Position numbers and translations under genes: made by a program. This document shows positions 51,455-64,000 of a DNA stretch of 64,000 bases, piece by piece. The DNA lies in assembly GCA_951406725.2 (NCBI GenBank), contig OX597826.1, forward strand, positions 17,856,001-17,920,000. The letters run 5' to 3'. Under the pieces are notes generated by a model. That model was not told the DNA's origin. It did no database searches and saw only the letters and a list, made by a program, of their open reading frames with translations. Source of the DNA: Octopus vulgaris. Its lineage: Eukaryota. Within the stretch, counting starts at the first letter, position 1. Each line of letters begins with the position of its first letter.

Positions 51455-52385
51455 ATGTCCAAACCACAAATCCCTTCAGGGAGATGACCCTGCTCAGTAT
51501 GCAGAGAAGGTGTGTGTAGAAATTTCCTAAGGTGTACTGTGCAAGCTATGGACACACAAGAGGTACAGCAGAACCAAAGGAAGGTTATCTCAGAAAGTCT
51601 TTTTGTGTGTGGCAGATGCGGAGATACAATAAACACTAGGAATGTACAGAAAATAAAACTTTGCCCTCAAGGATACTTAGAAGTAGTAGCTAGCGACCAG
51701 GTCAGCAGTAGAGGAAGATGCTCTGAGAGCACAGCTGCTAGGATAACACTGAACTGGGCAAAGTTCAGGGAGCTGTTACCTTTGTTGGTTACAAAGGGCC
51801 TCTTCCTCAGAGGGAAAAACAGATTGTATGATCCTTGTATGTAAACAGCCATGCTACATGGCAGTGAAACATGGACTGTGACTGCAGAGGACATGCAAAG
51901 GCTTGAAAGAAAAGAAGCCAGCCTGCTCCATTGGGTGTGCAATGCCAGTGTGCATGGATGACAGAGTGTAAGTGTCTTAAGAGAAAAACTGGGAATAAGA
52001 AGCTTTAGACATAATGTGCAAGAGAGAAGACTGCACTGGTATGGTCATGTGATGTGTATGGATGAGGATGGCTTCATAAAGAAGTGCTGATCTCTAGTGG
52101 AGGGAACATGTGGAAGAGGCAGACCCAGGAAGATGTTGGACGAGATGGTAAAATATGATCTTCAGCTATTGAGTCTCACAGAGGCAAAGACAAGTGATCA
52201 AGAGTTCTGGTGATTTGTTGTGCTTGAGATGACGTGTCCAGCTAAGGGAAACTGTGGTCGTGGCCAGTGCCAGGGACACATGAAAAGCACCTGTTCCAGT
52301 GACACACAAAAGGCATCTGTGCCAGTGACGTGTAAAAGGCACCCATGCCGGTGACATGTAAAAGGCATCTGTGCTGGTGACTTGC
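51455..52385 (+). mobile_element. RTE-clade LINE fragment
   Basis: SKPQIPSGR*PCSVCREG...FVCGRCG...WAKFRELLPLL...RLHWYGHV. Confidence 0.85.
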
Positions 52386-52588
52386 TCATGATTGGAGGTA
52401 CACATGTCATCAGCCACTAAGGGACATGCTCAACTGATTAAGGTCAAACAACAGATAAGGTCAAACAAGAATATCTGAATATTTCAGTGGCACATCTTTT
52501 ACATGAAGACAAAACATGTACATATTAACACTTCCAATCAATTAATATCAAAAGCCATGAGACTCACTGGCTGGTATTGCATCAGAGC

Positions 52589-52590
<2 letters not shown>

Positions 52591-52642
<52 letters not shown>

Positions 52643-52662
52643 TACTACTACTACTACTACTA
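52591..52662. repeat. (TAT)n(TAC)n microsatellite
   Basis: Seen directly. Confidence 0.95.
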
Positions 52663-53032
52663 TCAAAGCAGTGGGCTGGCGGAATCATTAGCATGCCAGG
52701 CAAAATGCCTAACGGCATTTCATCCGTCCTTATGTTCTGAGTTCAAATTCTGTCAAAGTCAACTTTGCCATTCATCCTTTTGGGGTTGATAAAATAAGTA
52801 CGAGTTGAGTGCTGGGATTGACATAGTCATCTCATCCCCTGCCCTGAAATTGCTGGTTTTGTACGTATAGTAGAAAAGATTATTATTATTATTATTATTG
52901 ATATCATTCATTGATTGAATAATTTCAATTAATTTTAGAATGTAACTTCAGTGTGGTGGCCCAATCTAGAAATCACAGCCAAACATCCTGTCTTAAAAAC
53001 AACAATTAACAACATCACAACCTCCTTTATGT

Positions 53033-53320
<288 letters not shown>

Positions 53321-53804
53321 TAATACAAAAGTCGCATTTTTATGTAAATATACTAAAGTAGCAGTTATTAAGATTTTACAATTCATTTCAAAATGAACAA
53401 GATGTTTGCTAGAATAAAAATCACATGATTACAACCTAATGCCTGATTGCCTTGTTCTTATAATTATTATAAAGCGAGTTATATAGATGTTTTGAAACCA
53501 TAGATGCAGTTATGAAGTACAAAATAAAGCTTGGCAGATGTGCATGGAGAAATATGTTCAACTGAATCAGTTTGTCCTAAAGCAGTTGATTCAGTTAGAT
53601 GTATTTCTTTTGAAAACTGTACCAATTTTCCATGAGTTTTCAGCACCTGGTAATGGTTATATCAGAAGGAAAGCAAATGTGTGTAATATCATGATACTTT
53701 ATTAGTGACATTTGTAGAGTGTGTTGATGGTATTGTGTACAGGTGGTGCAATGTGTATTTTAATGAGTTTGGTGACATAAAGCATATACTAGCTTGCAAC
53801 TTAC

Positions 53805-53959
53805 CATCAGATGCCTTCTTATTTGCTTTGTAGGATGTACACTGTTCAGACAAGTGATCATAGGTGGTGTAAAGGAGAGCAACAGCACAGTCAGTCAGGG
53901 CCAACACTTTAGGGATATCAAAACTAAATCCAAATTCTTTAAACTCATATGATTTGATC
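53805..53959 (-). CDS. DNAI7: DNAI7 coding exon (most 5' exon found in the window)
   Basis: tccttAG|...|GTaagt. Encodes (R)IKSYEFKEFGFSFDIPKVLALTDCAVALLYTTYDHLSEQCTSYKANKKASD(E). F.IP..LA..D.AV.LL.T.YDH.S is a CASC1 motif. Confidence 0.9.
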
Positions 53960-55374
53960 CTAAGGAAATATAAAGAAATAACATAGATTTAAGATAACAT
54001 TAAAGATTGGGATGATGAGAAGTAAAAGAATGTCAATATGAAAATGGTGGACAACAAACGTTATGGAAAGCAAATGTACTAATGTATAAGTCATGCAATA
54101 CTGACTACAATTATTTAAATTACTGAAAAATATCAAATCAGAGAAGGTATTTAAATGAGCTTGATGAAACAGTTAAATAGAGAACTGAAATGAAAAGCCA
54201 GCAAATTGTACAATACTAAAAGAGAGTAAGATTTTTCAGTCAAGATATTCTTAGTAAATCCAAAATAATTTTATGGAGAACTGAGTCACAGAAAGACAAC
54301 TGCATGAAAGAATTTCTCAAGGAAATTATGAAAGGAACACCTGTAGAACAATTGTATACTGAAAGAAGACCTTAGCACTTCTGCAAATCAGGACTGGTAA
54401 ATATATTTTCCAAAAGGTAATCAAATAATTTACACTTCTCTTCAATAATGTTATGAATCACTGAATCAAACAGCAAGGTGTTTCATTAAGGATATCCAAT
54501 GCATTCACTAATAAAGTTCCTAAGTAAATAAAAATCCTCAGAATTACAAAGCAACCAATAAGCTGTCTGATAACCATGCAAATTTAGTGAGGATCACATT
54601 TTTATATGAGGCAAACTGGTGACACAGACTCAACAGAACCAAGATATTTATCTACAATAAGCTTTCATTACGACCATGACCCTCACTTCGATATGAGTAA
54701 AGTCTCAAGGCAGCAAGCTGGCAGAGTCATTAGCAGACTGGGCAAAATACTTAGCAGTATTTTTTCTATTATGTTCTGCATCCAAATTCTGCAGAGGTTA
54801 ATTTTGCCTTTTATCTTTTTGGGGTTGATAAAATAAGTACCCGTTGGACACTGGGGAATCGATGTAACTGAGTAGCCCCTTCCCCCATAATTGCTGGCTT
54901 TGTGCCAAAAACTGAAATCAATATGAGGAAAGACTCAGTTATCAAACTTACCACATTAAATTAATACATTCTTCATTATTTATCATCCACATAGATACTA
55001 TTTCCATGTTTCTGCCTAAGTCTGTGGAGAATTTTCTCTTTTGTTCCATTTATCAGGTCTACTTATTTGGGGTTTGATCTCATTTTCATTTCAAGCCTAC
55101 TTCTAATTACCATTTCCTCAGCCCAGATTTTCTTCCCAGCATGCATCACTTATTCTTATACCATTCTTGCTTTTGCTTAAACCAATGCTTCAATAGCTTC
55201 ACTAGAATCTCTTACCCAAGTTTAAATACAACACATTTGACTCATCTAACACAGTTGATTCTTCTTCAGTCACAGATCAGATGAAAATGCTTCATTAGAT
55301 GGCTGATATACATATGAAATCATACATATGTGTGTGTGTGTGTGTGTGCTAGTATATATATATATATATATGTA

Positions 55375-56341
55375 ATGTGACCAAATATGGTCTATTTTCC
55401 AACATAGTCCCCCTTACAGTCCACACACTTCTTCCATTGGTGTTGCAGTGCTTGGATCCCCATTGATGTAAAGGCTTTCATCCTGTTGCTTGAAAAAGTC
55501 ATTGACAGCAGACATGACATCATCATCATCATCACTGCAATACTAGTTCTCAGCCAACTGTTTCTACATGCTGGGGAACTGATGATGGTCAGATGGGGCC
55601 ATATCAAGAGAATAGGGGAGGTGGTCAACCAGTTCAAAGCCAAAGTCATGGACAGTAACCATGGAAGCCAAGGACTTGTGTGCTGAAGCTTTGTTCTGGT
55701 AAAACAAAACCCCTTTTGTCAGTTTTCCTAAGTGTTTGGCATTGAAAGGCTTTCATAACTGCCTCAGTAATTTCGCATAGTTCTCTCCATTGATGGTGTG
55801 GCCCTTTAGAAGATCGTCAGTAAACTCAATGCCTTTTGCATCCTCAAAATTTGAGACCATCACCTTCCCTGCAGATGAAACAAGTTTGTCCTTCTTTGGA
55901 ACAGGTGAGGAGAGATGTTTCCATTGCATGGATTGTCTCTTTGTCTCTGACTCAAAGTGATGAAGCCAACACTCATCCTGGATTCGGAAACATTCAAGGA
56001 AACCAGCTGGAGCTGCCTCAAACACTGTCAAATTTTCCTGTGATGCGATCAGCCAGTGTACTTTTGATCAGGTGTCAGAAGACGTAGCACCTACTGAGCA
56101 GAAACCTTTGTCATACCAAGTTCATTGTGCAGAATATTCTCAACTCTCTCACAGGATATGACAACAGCATTGGTTATTTCATTTACAGTCAGTTGCCTGC
56201 CATCCATCAACATGTGGTGAACACGATCAATGTTTTCCTTCGTGGTGGTAATTTCAGGATGAAGGACCTTAGATCACTTCCAAGACTCTCTAGCATCACT
56301 CCTTTATACTCAGCCTATGAACTTTACAGCCCACTCTCATA
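55375..56341 (-). mobile_element. decayed mariner (irritans-like)
   Basis: Fragments IQDECWLHHFESETKRQSMQWKH...SAGKVMVS and GIQALQHQWKKCVDCKGDYVGK. Left TIR-like TA-TGAGAGTGGGCTGTAAAGTTCATAGGCT. Confidence 0.85.
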
Positions 56342-57059
56342 CATGTGTGTGTATGTGTGTGTGTGTGTACACACACAGATCTGTAATATATAATATATGA
56401 ATTTACATTTATACTCTGAATCAACATATTCTTACAGAATGAAATAAAATTGGTGCAGGTATTGTTGTTGTAGTTTAGCTTCAGATCAACCTTGATCAAG
56501 CATACATTAGAGGAAGACATTCCAACCATGATCATCCTGACTTACTTTTTTCTAAGATTTTAATTTGAATGTAGTGAATAGGAAAAGGCATGCCTGTGTG
56601 GTAAGAAGTTTGCTTCACAACCACATGGTTTCAGGTTCAGTCCCACTGTATGGCACCTTGGACAGGTGTCTTCTACTATAGCCTCAGGCCAACGAAAACC
56701 TTGTGAGACAATTTGATAAATGGAAACTGAAAGAAGTTCACCATGTGTGTGTGTGTGCACGCATGCATGTGTGTGTGTGTGAGTGTGTGTGTGAGAGAGA
56801 GCGTGTGTGTAAGTGTATATGTGACTTTGTATCTTTTTTTGTCCCCTACCACTGCTGGACAACTGGTGTTGCTGTGTTTACATTCCAGTAACTTAGTGGT
56901 TCAGCAAAAAAGACTGACAGAATAAGTACCCAACTTAAAAACAAAAAAAAGTACTGGGGTTGATTTGTTCAAAAATAATTCTTTGAGGCCATACTCCAGC
57001 ATGGCCACAGTCTAATGACTGAAACAAGTAAAAGAAAAACAGGAAAAGATAAAAGATCT

Positions 57060-57963
57060 CATGGCGTGCCAGTGATGTAAGTTTAAATACATAGATTTAC
57101 AGTTGAACTCTGTCTTCTCAGACTAACTGGCATCACCGCCAATCCAGGCACACAACTCTCCAAAGGTGGCCTGCCCACCTGATCTGTGCTCTCCTTAGCA
57201 GTGTAATTGCTTAGCAGATCAGCTCAAGAGAGAACCTCTATGCCTAGGACCTTGTCTTGCCAGGTGATTTTCAGCAGCTTTCTCAGGCAGTTCACGTGGA
57301 AGTGGTTTAGCTTTTTAGAGTGGTATTTGGGAATTCCACTCGCAGGTACACCTTCATCTTTGTGGTCAGCCTAATGCTTCATCTCCCACACTGATCCCTG
57401 TAGCTGCCCAAATGTGAGCTTTCCTCGGTAATGTGTGTATCGTATCAACCTCATTGTCAATGTTCACATCCCTGGAGAGTGTACAAGAGAAAGGAAAACA
57501 AGCAGTCTTGTGACAACCCTTGCGAAATTTCTCTCCTTATTATCACTGGCAAGATATTTGCAAGAGTCCTCCTTAACCAACACACTCAGCACATGGATGG
57601 CTCAGTGTAGCTTCAGTAAGGGCTACGGAATAGTGAACATGATCTTTGCAGCAAACCAACTTCAGAAGTTTTAAGAACAGAGCAGGAACTTATATATGGC
57701 ATTTGTAGACCTAACCAAGTCATGAGGGACTCTGGAAAATCATGGGAAAGTTTGGCTGCTTGGACAAATTAATCAATATGGTGCAACAGTTTTATGACAG
57801 AATGCTCATTCAGGAACTGAACAATAGAGGTCTTTCTGATGCATCCCCCAGCCACAGAGTTAAGCAGGACTATGTCCCCACAGCAATGCTGTTCAGCATG
57901 AAGTTCTCAGCCATACAGTTGGATACCTTCTGCAGAAACAAAGAAACTAGCATCGAGATCAGA
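57060..57963. mobile_element. RTE-BovB-like LINE fragment with internal inversion
   Basis: 57060-57483 on - encodes TLSRDVNIDNEVD...KKLNHFHVNCLRKLLKITWQDKV. 57530-57963 on + encodes GKIFARVLLN...MIFAANQLQ...AFVDLTK...GLWKIMGKFGC...VKQD. Confidence 0.75.
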
Positions 57964-57964
57964 G

Positions 57965-58390
57965 CCATACATGCATACATACATACACACACACACACAC
58001 ACAATCATACATATGTACAATGATACATCATACACATACATACATACATACATACATACATACGTACATACATACATGCATGCATGCATGCATGCATACA
58101 TACATACATGCATACACACACACACACAATCATACATATGTACAATGATACATCATACACATACATACATACATACATACATACATACATACATAAATGC
58201 ATGCATGCATACATACATACATACATGCATACACACACACACAATCATACATATGTACAATGATACATACATACATACATACATACATACATACATACAT
58301 ACATACATACATACATACATACATACATACATACATACATACATACATACATACATACGTACATATATACAAACAAACAAGCAAACAAAC
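57965..58390. repeat. (ATAC)n microsatellite with a triplicated unit of about 120 bp
   Basis: ACAATCATACATATGTACAATGATACA recurs at about 58001, 58126 and 58241. Confidence 0.9.
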
Positions 58391-59328
58391 TTTGTCGAGT
58401 GTTGCATTCATATTTTAGTAAATGTGTAGTCTTTTCCTGTTCTGTGTATTTATCCTTGATGTTGAAATCAAAGAGCCTATCATACGTACATTTTAGTGTG
58501 GTCTGTCATAGTTTGTTACAACTAAATTGATGTATTGATTTGTAGAAAATATATTTCCCTGTCTTGCAAATGAAACAAGAAAAGTCATTTTTGATCTGTT
58601 ATTTCCTATTTTCATTATTTTATATAGAAGTTATGTTTCTCTACAAGAATACAAAGAAATAAAATGTTCAATATTTTAGTATTGTGTGCTTTGAAGTAGA
58701 TTTGGCTGTTAGCTCTAGCATGCCTAGAGACCATGTAGACATTCCCTTCTTAGTTTGTGGATATAGAGGTAGCTCAAGAACAAGCTAAGAATAATTAGAA
58801 CAAACAAAATAAGGCAAAGCCAAAGTAGACCCCTCAACAATATAGACAGTTTCTTGCAGTTAATAATGCATTGTTTGAATGGGAACAGGAGAGCAATATT
58901 TCAGACAGACGTAAACAACTGAAATGTAAACCTAACTTTACAATAAATAACTTTTCAGACTAATCTCAGAATTTATGACTGAAGACAAATATATTGCAAA
59001 GCCACTTATAACGTTGACCACCACTGCTTCTGTGTTTAGCAGTAATTACTGAGTGCTATTTAATAAAAGAGAATAACCTAGGCAAACTAATACCACTGGG
59101 ACCATTTTCAAAAGGCATATTCTTTACATACATACACACAAATGTGCATATATGTGCACACACATACCACACACACGCACGTATGCATGCGGTTGCATAG
59201 TTATCAAGTTTGCTTCTCAAAAGCTAGGTTTCAGGTCAGAATCACAGCATGAAACCTTGAGCAAGTGTCATCTTGTACCTCTGGGCTGACCAAAGCCCTG
59301 TCAGTGGATCTGGTGGACAGAAACTGAA

Positions 59329-59481
<153 letters not shown>

Positions 59482-59645
59482 GGTGCAGAGAGGTTGTGTG
59501 GTAAATATCTTGCTTACTAACCACATGGTTCCGGGTTCAGTCGCATTGCATGGCACCTTGGGCAAGTGTCTTCTAATATAGCCCTAGGCCAACCAAAGGC
59601 TTGTGAGTGGATTTAATAGATGGAAACTGAAAAAAGCCTATTGTG

Positions 59646-59677
<32 letters not shown>

Positions 59678-60312
59678 CATGCCTGTGCTTGTCCCCCCCA
59701 CCCATGCTTGACAACTGATGTTGGTGTGTTTACATCCCCATAACTTAGCAGTTTGGCAAAAGAGACCCAAAGAATAAATACTGGGCTTACAAAGAATAAG
59801 TCCCAGGGTTGATTTCTTCGACTAAAGGCAGTGCTCCAGCATGGCAGCAGTCAAATGACTGAAACAAATAAAAGAATAAAAGAATATATATACTCTTTTT
59901 TTTACTCTTTTTACTTGTTTCAGTCATTTGACTGCGGCCATGCTGGAGCACCGCCTTTAATCGAGCAAATCGACCCCAGGACTTATTCTTTGTAAGCCCA
60001 GTACTTATTCTATCAGTCTCTTTTGCCGAACCGCTAAGTGATGGGGACGTAAACACACCAGCATCGGTTGTCAAACAATGCTTGGGGGACAAACACAGAT
60101 ACACACACATATATATATATACATATATACGACGGGCTTCTTTCAGTTTCCGTCTACCAAATCCACTCACAAGGCATTGGTTGGCCCGGGGCTATAGCAG
60201 AAGACACTTGCCCAAGATGCCACGCAGTGGGACTGAACCCAGAACCATGTGGTTGGCTAGCAAGCTACTTACCACAGCCACTCCTGCGCCTAAATATATA
60301 TATATTATTTAA

Positions 60313-60532
60313 CCCTTTCGTTACTGTATTTATTTTGAGATGCTCTGTGTTTCTTTCAATTACTTTAGATATAACAAAGAATTTAGTAAAATAACTTAGT
60401 TATCATTCAGCTAGTGTTAAGAACATAAACTGTGACTAAGGTTTGGTGGAAAATTTTAATTCAAAACTTATGAAAAGAAGACGTTTGTACTTAGTGCCAG
60501 AGCCGGTTTCAGCCGGGTTGGTAACAAAAGGG
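60313..60532. mobile_element. piggyBac-like MITE (family B)
   Basis: TTAA-CCCTTTCGTTAC...GTAACAAAAGGG-TTAA. Confidence 0.75.
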
Positions 60533-61904
60533 TTAAAGGTTCAGCATAGGGTGAGATTTACATAGTTTGATATTTGAATTCACCCTTTATCTTCTCATTC
60601 GACTTTTTGCATCAACCTTCTCATTTTTTTCTCATGGCTTCTCATGTACCAGTGTCCTGATTTTCAAACAGAACAAACCCTATTATCAGAGCTTAACTAT
60701 TGCTTGGAGACACAAGGTATGTTATAAATACCTGCCTAACTACATGTCTTAATGGCAAGAAAGTAAATGATATTTGTCTCTCGCTGTGTGGAGTACTTTT
60801 TTGTTGATATAACCTTAAATGAACAGTAAACTATACTTTATATACACACACACACACATATATATAAAGGTGGTGCCCCAGCAAGGCCACAGTTAAATGA
60901 CTGAAACATGTAAAAGAATAAATAATAAAAGAATATTTTTATTATATGTCTTTTAACTTTTACTTGATCCAGTCATTTGACTGTGGCCATGCTGGAGCAT
61001 CACCTTGAAGAAGTTTTAGTTGAATGAATTGATCCCAGTATTTGTGTTCTGGTAACCCTGGTACTTATTCTATCAGTCTTTTTTTGCCGAACTGCTAAGT
61101 TACAGGGATGTAAACACACCAACACTTGTTGTCGAGCAGCAGTGGAAGACAAACAGAAACATATACACACACACCACCACCACCACCACCACTACCATCT
61201 TCATCACCATCATCATCATTTAATATCCATGTTCCATAGTGGCATGGGTTAGCTGGTTTGACAGAATCCATTGGATCCAAGGACTGTGTCAAGCTCCAAT
61301 GCTTGGCGTTGTGTCTATTTGTTGGATGCCCTTCTTCATACCAACCACGTTGCAGCTTGTGCTGGGTGCCTTTTTTTCATGCCACTAACACTGTTGAGGT
61401 CACCATGCAACTTACAGGTATACAAACTGTGTGGGAAGTGGGAGGTCAGCTTCATGCAAGAGGAGAAGGAGGTTAAACTGAGAAGAGGAAGTCAGAGCAG
61501 GTTCTTGAAGAGAATTTGCATGGCTACTCATATTTAGTTGAGGGGGAGAGAGAGAGAGAGGGTGGGGAGAAAGAGAGAGAAAGAGAGAGGGGGAGAGGGA
61601 GAGAGAGAGAAAATGATTTATCTGTGTGTGTGTGTATGTGTGTGTTTGAAAGTTTATGGCTCTTTGTCTTGAGATTAGATGATAGTTGTAAATGAGTGTC
61701 ACTGTTATACAAGCAGTGTTCATTCATTTCCAGTATTCTGCTAAAACATGTCTGGCCATGAAACAGGTGAAGGTTGGTGATAGGAAATTGCAAATCTGCC
61801 TCAATAAACTCCATCTGATGCATGCATGCATGAAAAAGTATGTTAAAAATGGGGACCCATGCCTGCATGGAAGGCAGACGTTAAATGATGATGATGATGA
61901 TGAG

Positions 61905-61954
<50 letters not shown>

Positions 61955-62589
61955 TCTTTACTCTTTACTCTTTTACTTGTTTCAGTCATTTGACTGCGGC
62001 CATGCTGGAGCACCGCCTTTAGTTGAGCAAATCGACCCCGGGACTTATTCTTTGTAAGCCTAGTACTTATTCTATCGGTCTCTTTTGCCGAACCGCTAAG
62101 TGACGGAGACGTAAACACACCAGCACCAGTTGTCAAACAATGCTAGGGGGACAAACACAGACACACAAACACACACATATATATACATATATACGACGGG
62201 CTTCTTTCAGTTTCCGTCTACCAAATCCACTCACAAGGCTTTGGTCGGCCCGAGGCTATAGTAGAAGACACTTGCCCAAGACGCCACGCAGTGGGACTGA
62301 ACCTGGAACCATGTGGTTGGTAAGCAAGCTACTTACCACACAGCCACTCCTGCGCCTATATATATATGTATAGAGTGTTTGACAATGGAAATGGATGGAT
62401 GGATGGATAGATGGATAGATGGATGGATGAATGGGTGGGTGGCTATTTAGGTAGGTAGTCCGACGGATAGACAGATAGTTAGAGGGAGAGAGAGAGAAGG
62501 GGTATCCCCACTTCCTATTCATTTATTTATTTATTTAGTCCATTGCAATGGAATGGGTTTAAGGATGGTGACCTCTTCAAAAAAAAATA

Positions 62590-62810
62590 ATAATTCCCTC
62601 TGCCAATGTGCAAGAATCCACAGGCAACATATCCAACAAGAAGAATTAAGCAAGATTCCATTAAGTAAGCATCTGGAAATATGCAGCAACAGAAAAATTC
62701 AAAATTTTTCCCTTTTACAAATGTGCACAGGATGATCCGCAATACTGAAAAGCAACGGAACTACATTTCATCAAAGAATTCTCTCCAAAACGAAAAGTGT
62801 TTGAACGAAA
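62590..62810 (+). mobile_element. Penelope-like GIY-YIG remnant
   Basis: ARIHRQHIQQEELSKIPLSKHLEIC...FKIFPFYKC...KATELHFIKEFSPK. Confidence 0.6.
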
Positions 62811-62922
62811 AGTGGAGACAGTACGTTTTGTAAGTGTTATACTAATGTTCTTTAATGCAAATTCATTAATTTGAAAGAGGCATGATCGAAGTTACACAGT
62901 ATAAACATGGACATGTTCCAAA

Positions 62923-62963
<41 letters not shown>

Positions 62964-63041
62964 CACAGGAACATGAAAGGAACGAAAGCGCTAATAATAA
63001 TAATGAAGAAATAAAAAGATTTTTTTCCAAAATTCTGACAA

Positions 63042-63097
<56 letters not shown>

Positions 63098-63306
63098 GTA
63101 TACAAAGTATGGGGTTTAGTTCACAGGTGATCTAAACGATTAGGTATGCATTAGTAGGGCTCCAAGGTTATAGCTAAGACAGTAGTTATGGAGCCATTGC
63201 AGATTTCCAATGCAGCGGAGATATAACTGTTAAAGAGGACAAATGTTAAGGCAAGGCAAACATCGTAAGTCATATACATTATTATTATTATTGGAAAAAA
63301 TTCAAA

Positions 63307-63362
63307 GTCTTATAGCTGTTTCTGGGACACCCCAGAGTATGGGATATTCTGTCATCAGAGAC
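63307..63362 (-). ncRNA. hammerhead motif in a PLE pLTR-like remnant
   Basis: GUCU-CUGAUGA-...-GAAAC-AGCU-AUA-AGAC. Stem I GUCU/AGAC is intact and stem II is decayed. A sister copy lies at 33597-33644(+). Confidence 0.65.
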
Positions 63363-64000
63363 AAATAGGGAAAATGAGAATGGTATATATTAATGAGATG
63401 ATGACATAGAGGAAGGAAGTAAAGGAATAAGATGGAGAGAGAGAAGAAAAAAGAAGCATAAAAGTTCATAGTTCAACTTTCCGATGTTGTAGAAAGAAGT
63501 GCATAAGTCCTTAGGTGCAATCCTGTGTAGAGCCATGTGGGTTAAAATCCTGATATTGTAAACATCCAGAGAAAAAAGACCTGAACATATCAACGTTCAA
63601 CAACAGAATTTGGATGGGTGATCATGGTCTGAATCCTTTATTACCGAGAGCTTCTTCTCCTACAGATTTGGTGGTCATGTCATGTTGGCTTTGTTTCTAT
63701 GAGTGAGTTTCCTTCCAATTGCCAACCCTTTTACCAAGTGTACAGGGTGCATTTTATCATGGTACGAACATTAGAGAACTAGAATATTCCTCAGTGAGTC
63801 ATAACTAAAGGAACATCACAAGAACTGCATAAATTAAGCACATTGAACATTTTGGAACAATAACTGTGTGTTGACAAGAGCCCTCTCTAGAGTCTACTTT
63901 GTCAGCTGACATGTCTTTCAGTACCTTCATCAAGATGAAAATGTAGTTATTCTCACTATTTCATTGTTAAATGCATGGAATTAGGAAGATACACAGCCCC

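Overview
This is AT-rich, microsatellite- and transposon-dense animal genomic DNA. Its SINE/RTE repertoire suggests a coleoid cephalopod such as Octopus (inference). Two host genes converge tail-to-tail. On the + strand are the last two coding exons of NDUFA9 (complex I 39-kDa subunit; 4864-4930 and 5292-5465). On the - strand are 12 phase-consistent coding exons (about 498 aa) of DNAI7/CASC1 (axonemal dynein intermediate chain 7; 53959 to 8211), whose 5' exons lie beyond the window. DNA transposons include a full-length DD34D mariner with an open transposase ORF, decayed mariner, DD37E and DD41D-like elements, two Chapaev3 elements and piggyBac-like MITEs. Retroelements include RTE and CR1-type LINE fragments, Penelope-like remnants, a solo LTR with a 4-bp TSD, and three tRNA-derived SINE families. 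The most notable observations are: (1) a Penelope-like terminus with a tRNA-like Pol III promoter directly upstream of a minimal hammerhead ribozyme, plus several other hammerhead motifs; (2) an RTE family with a PHD-like finger inside its RT domain; (3) several long intronic inverted repeats. All calls were made by eye without database searches.
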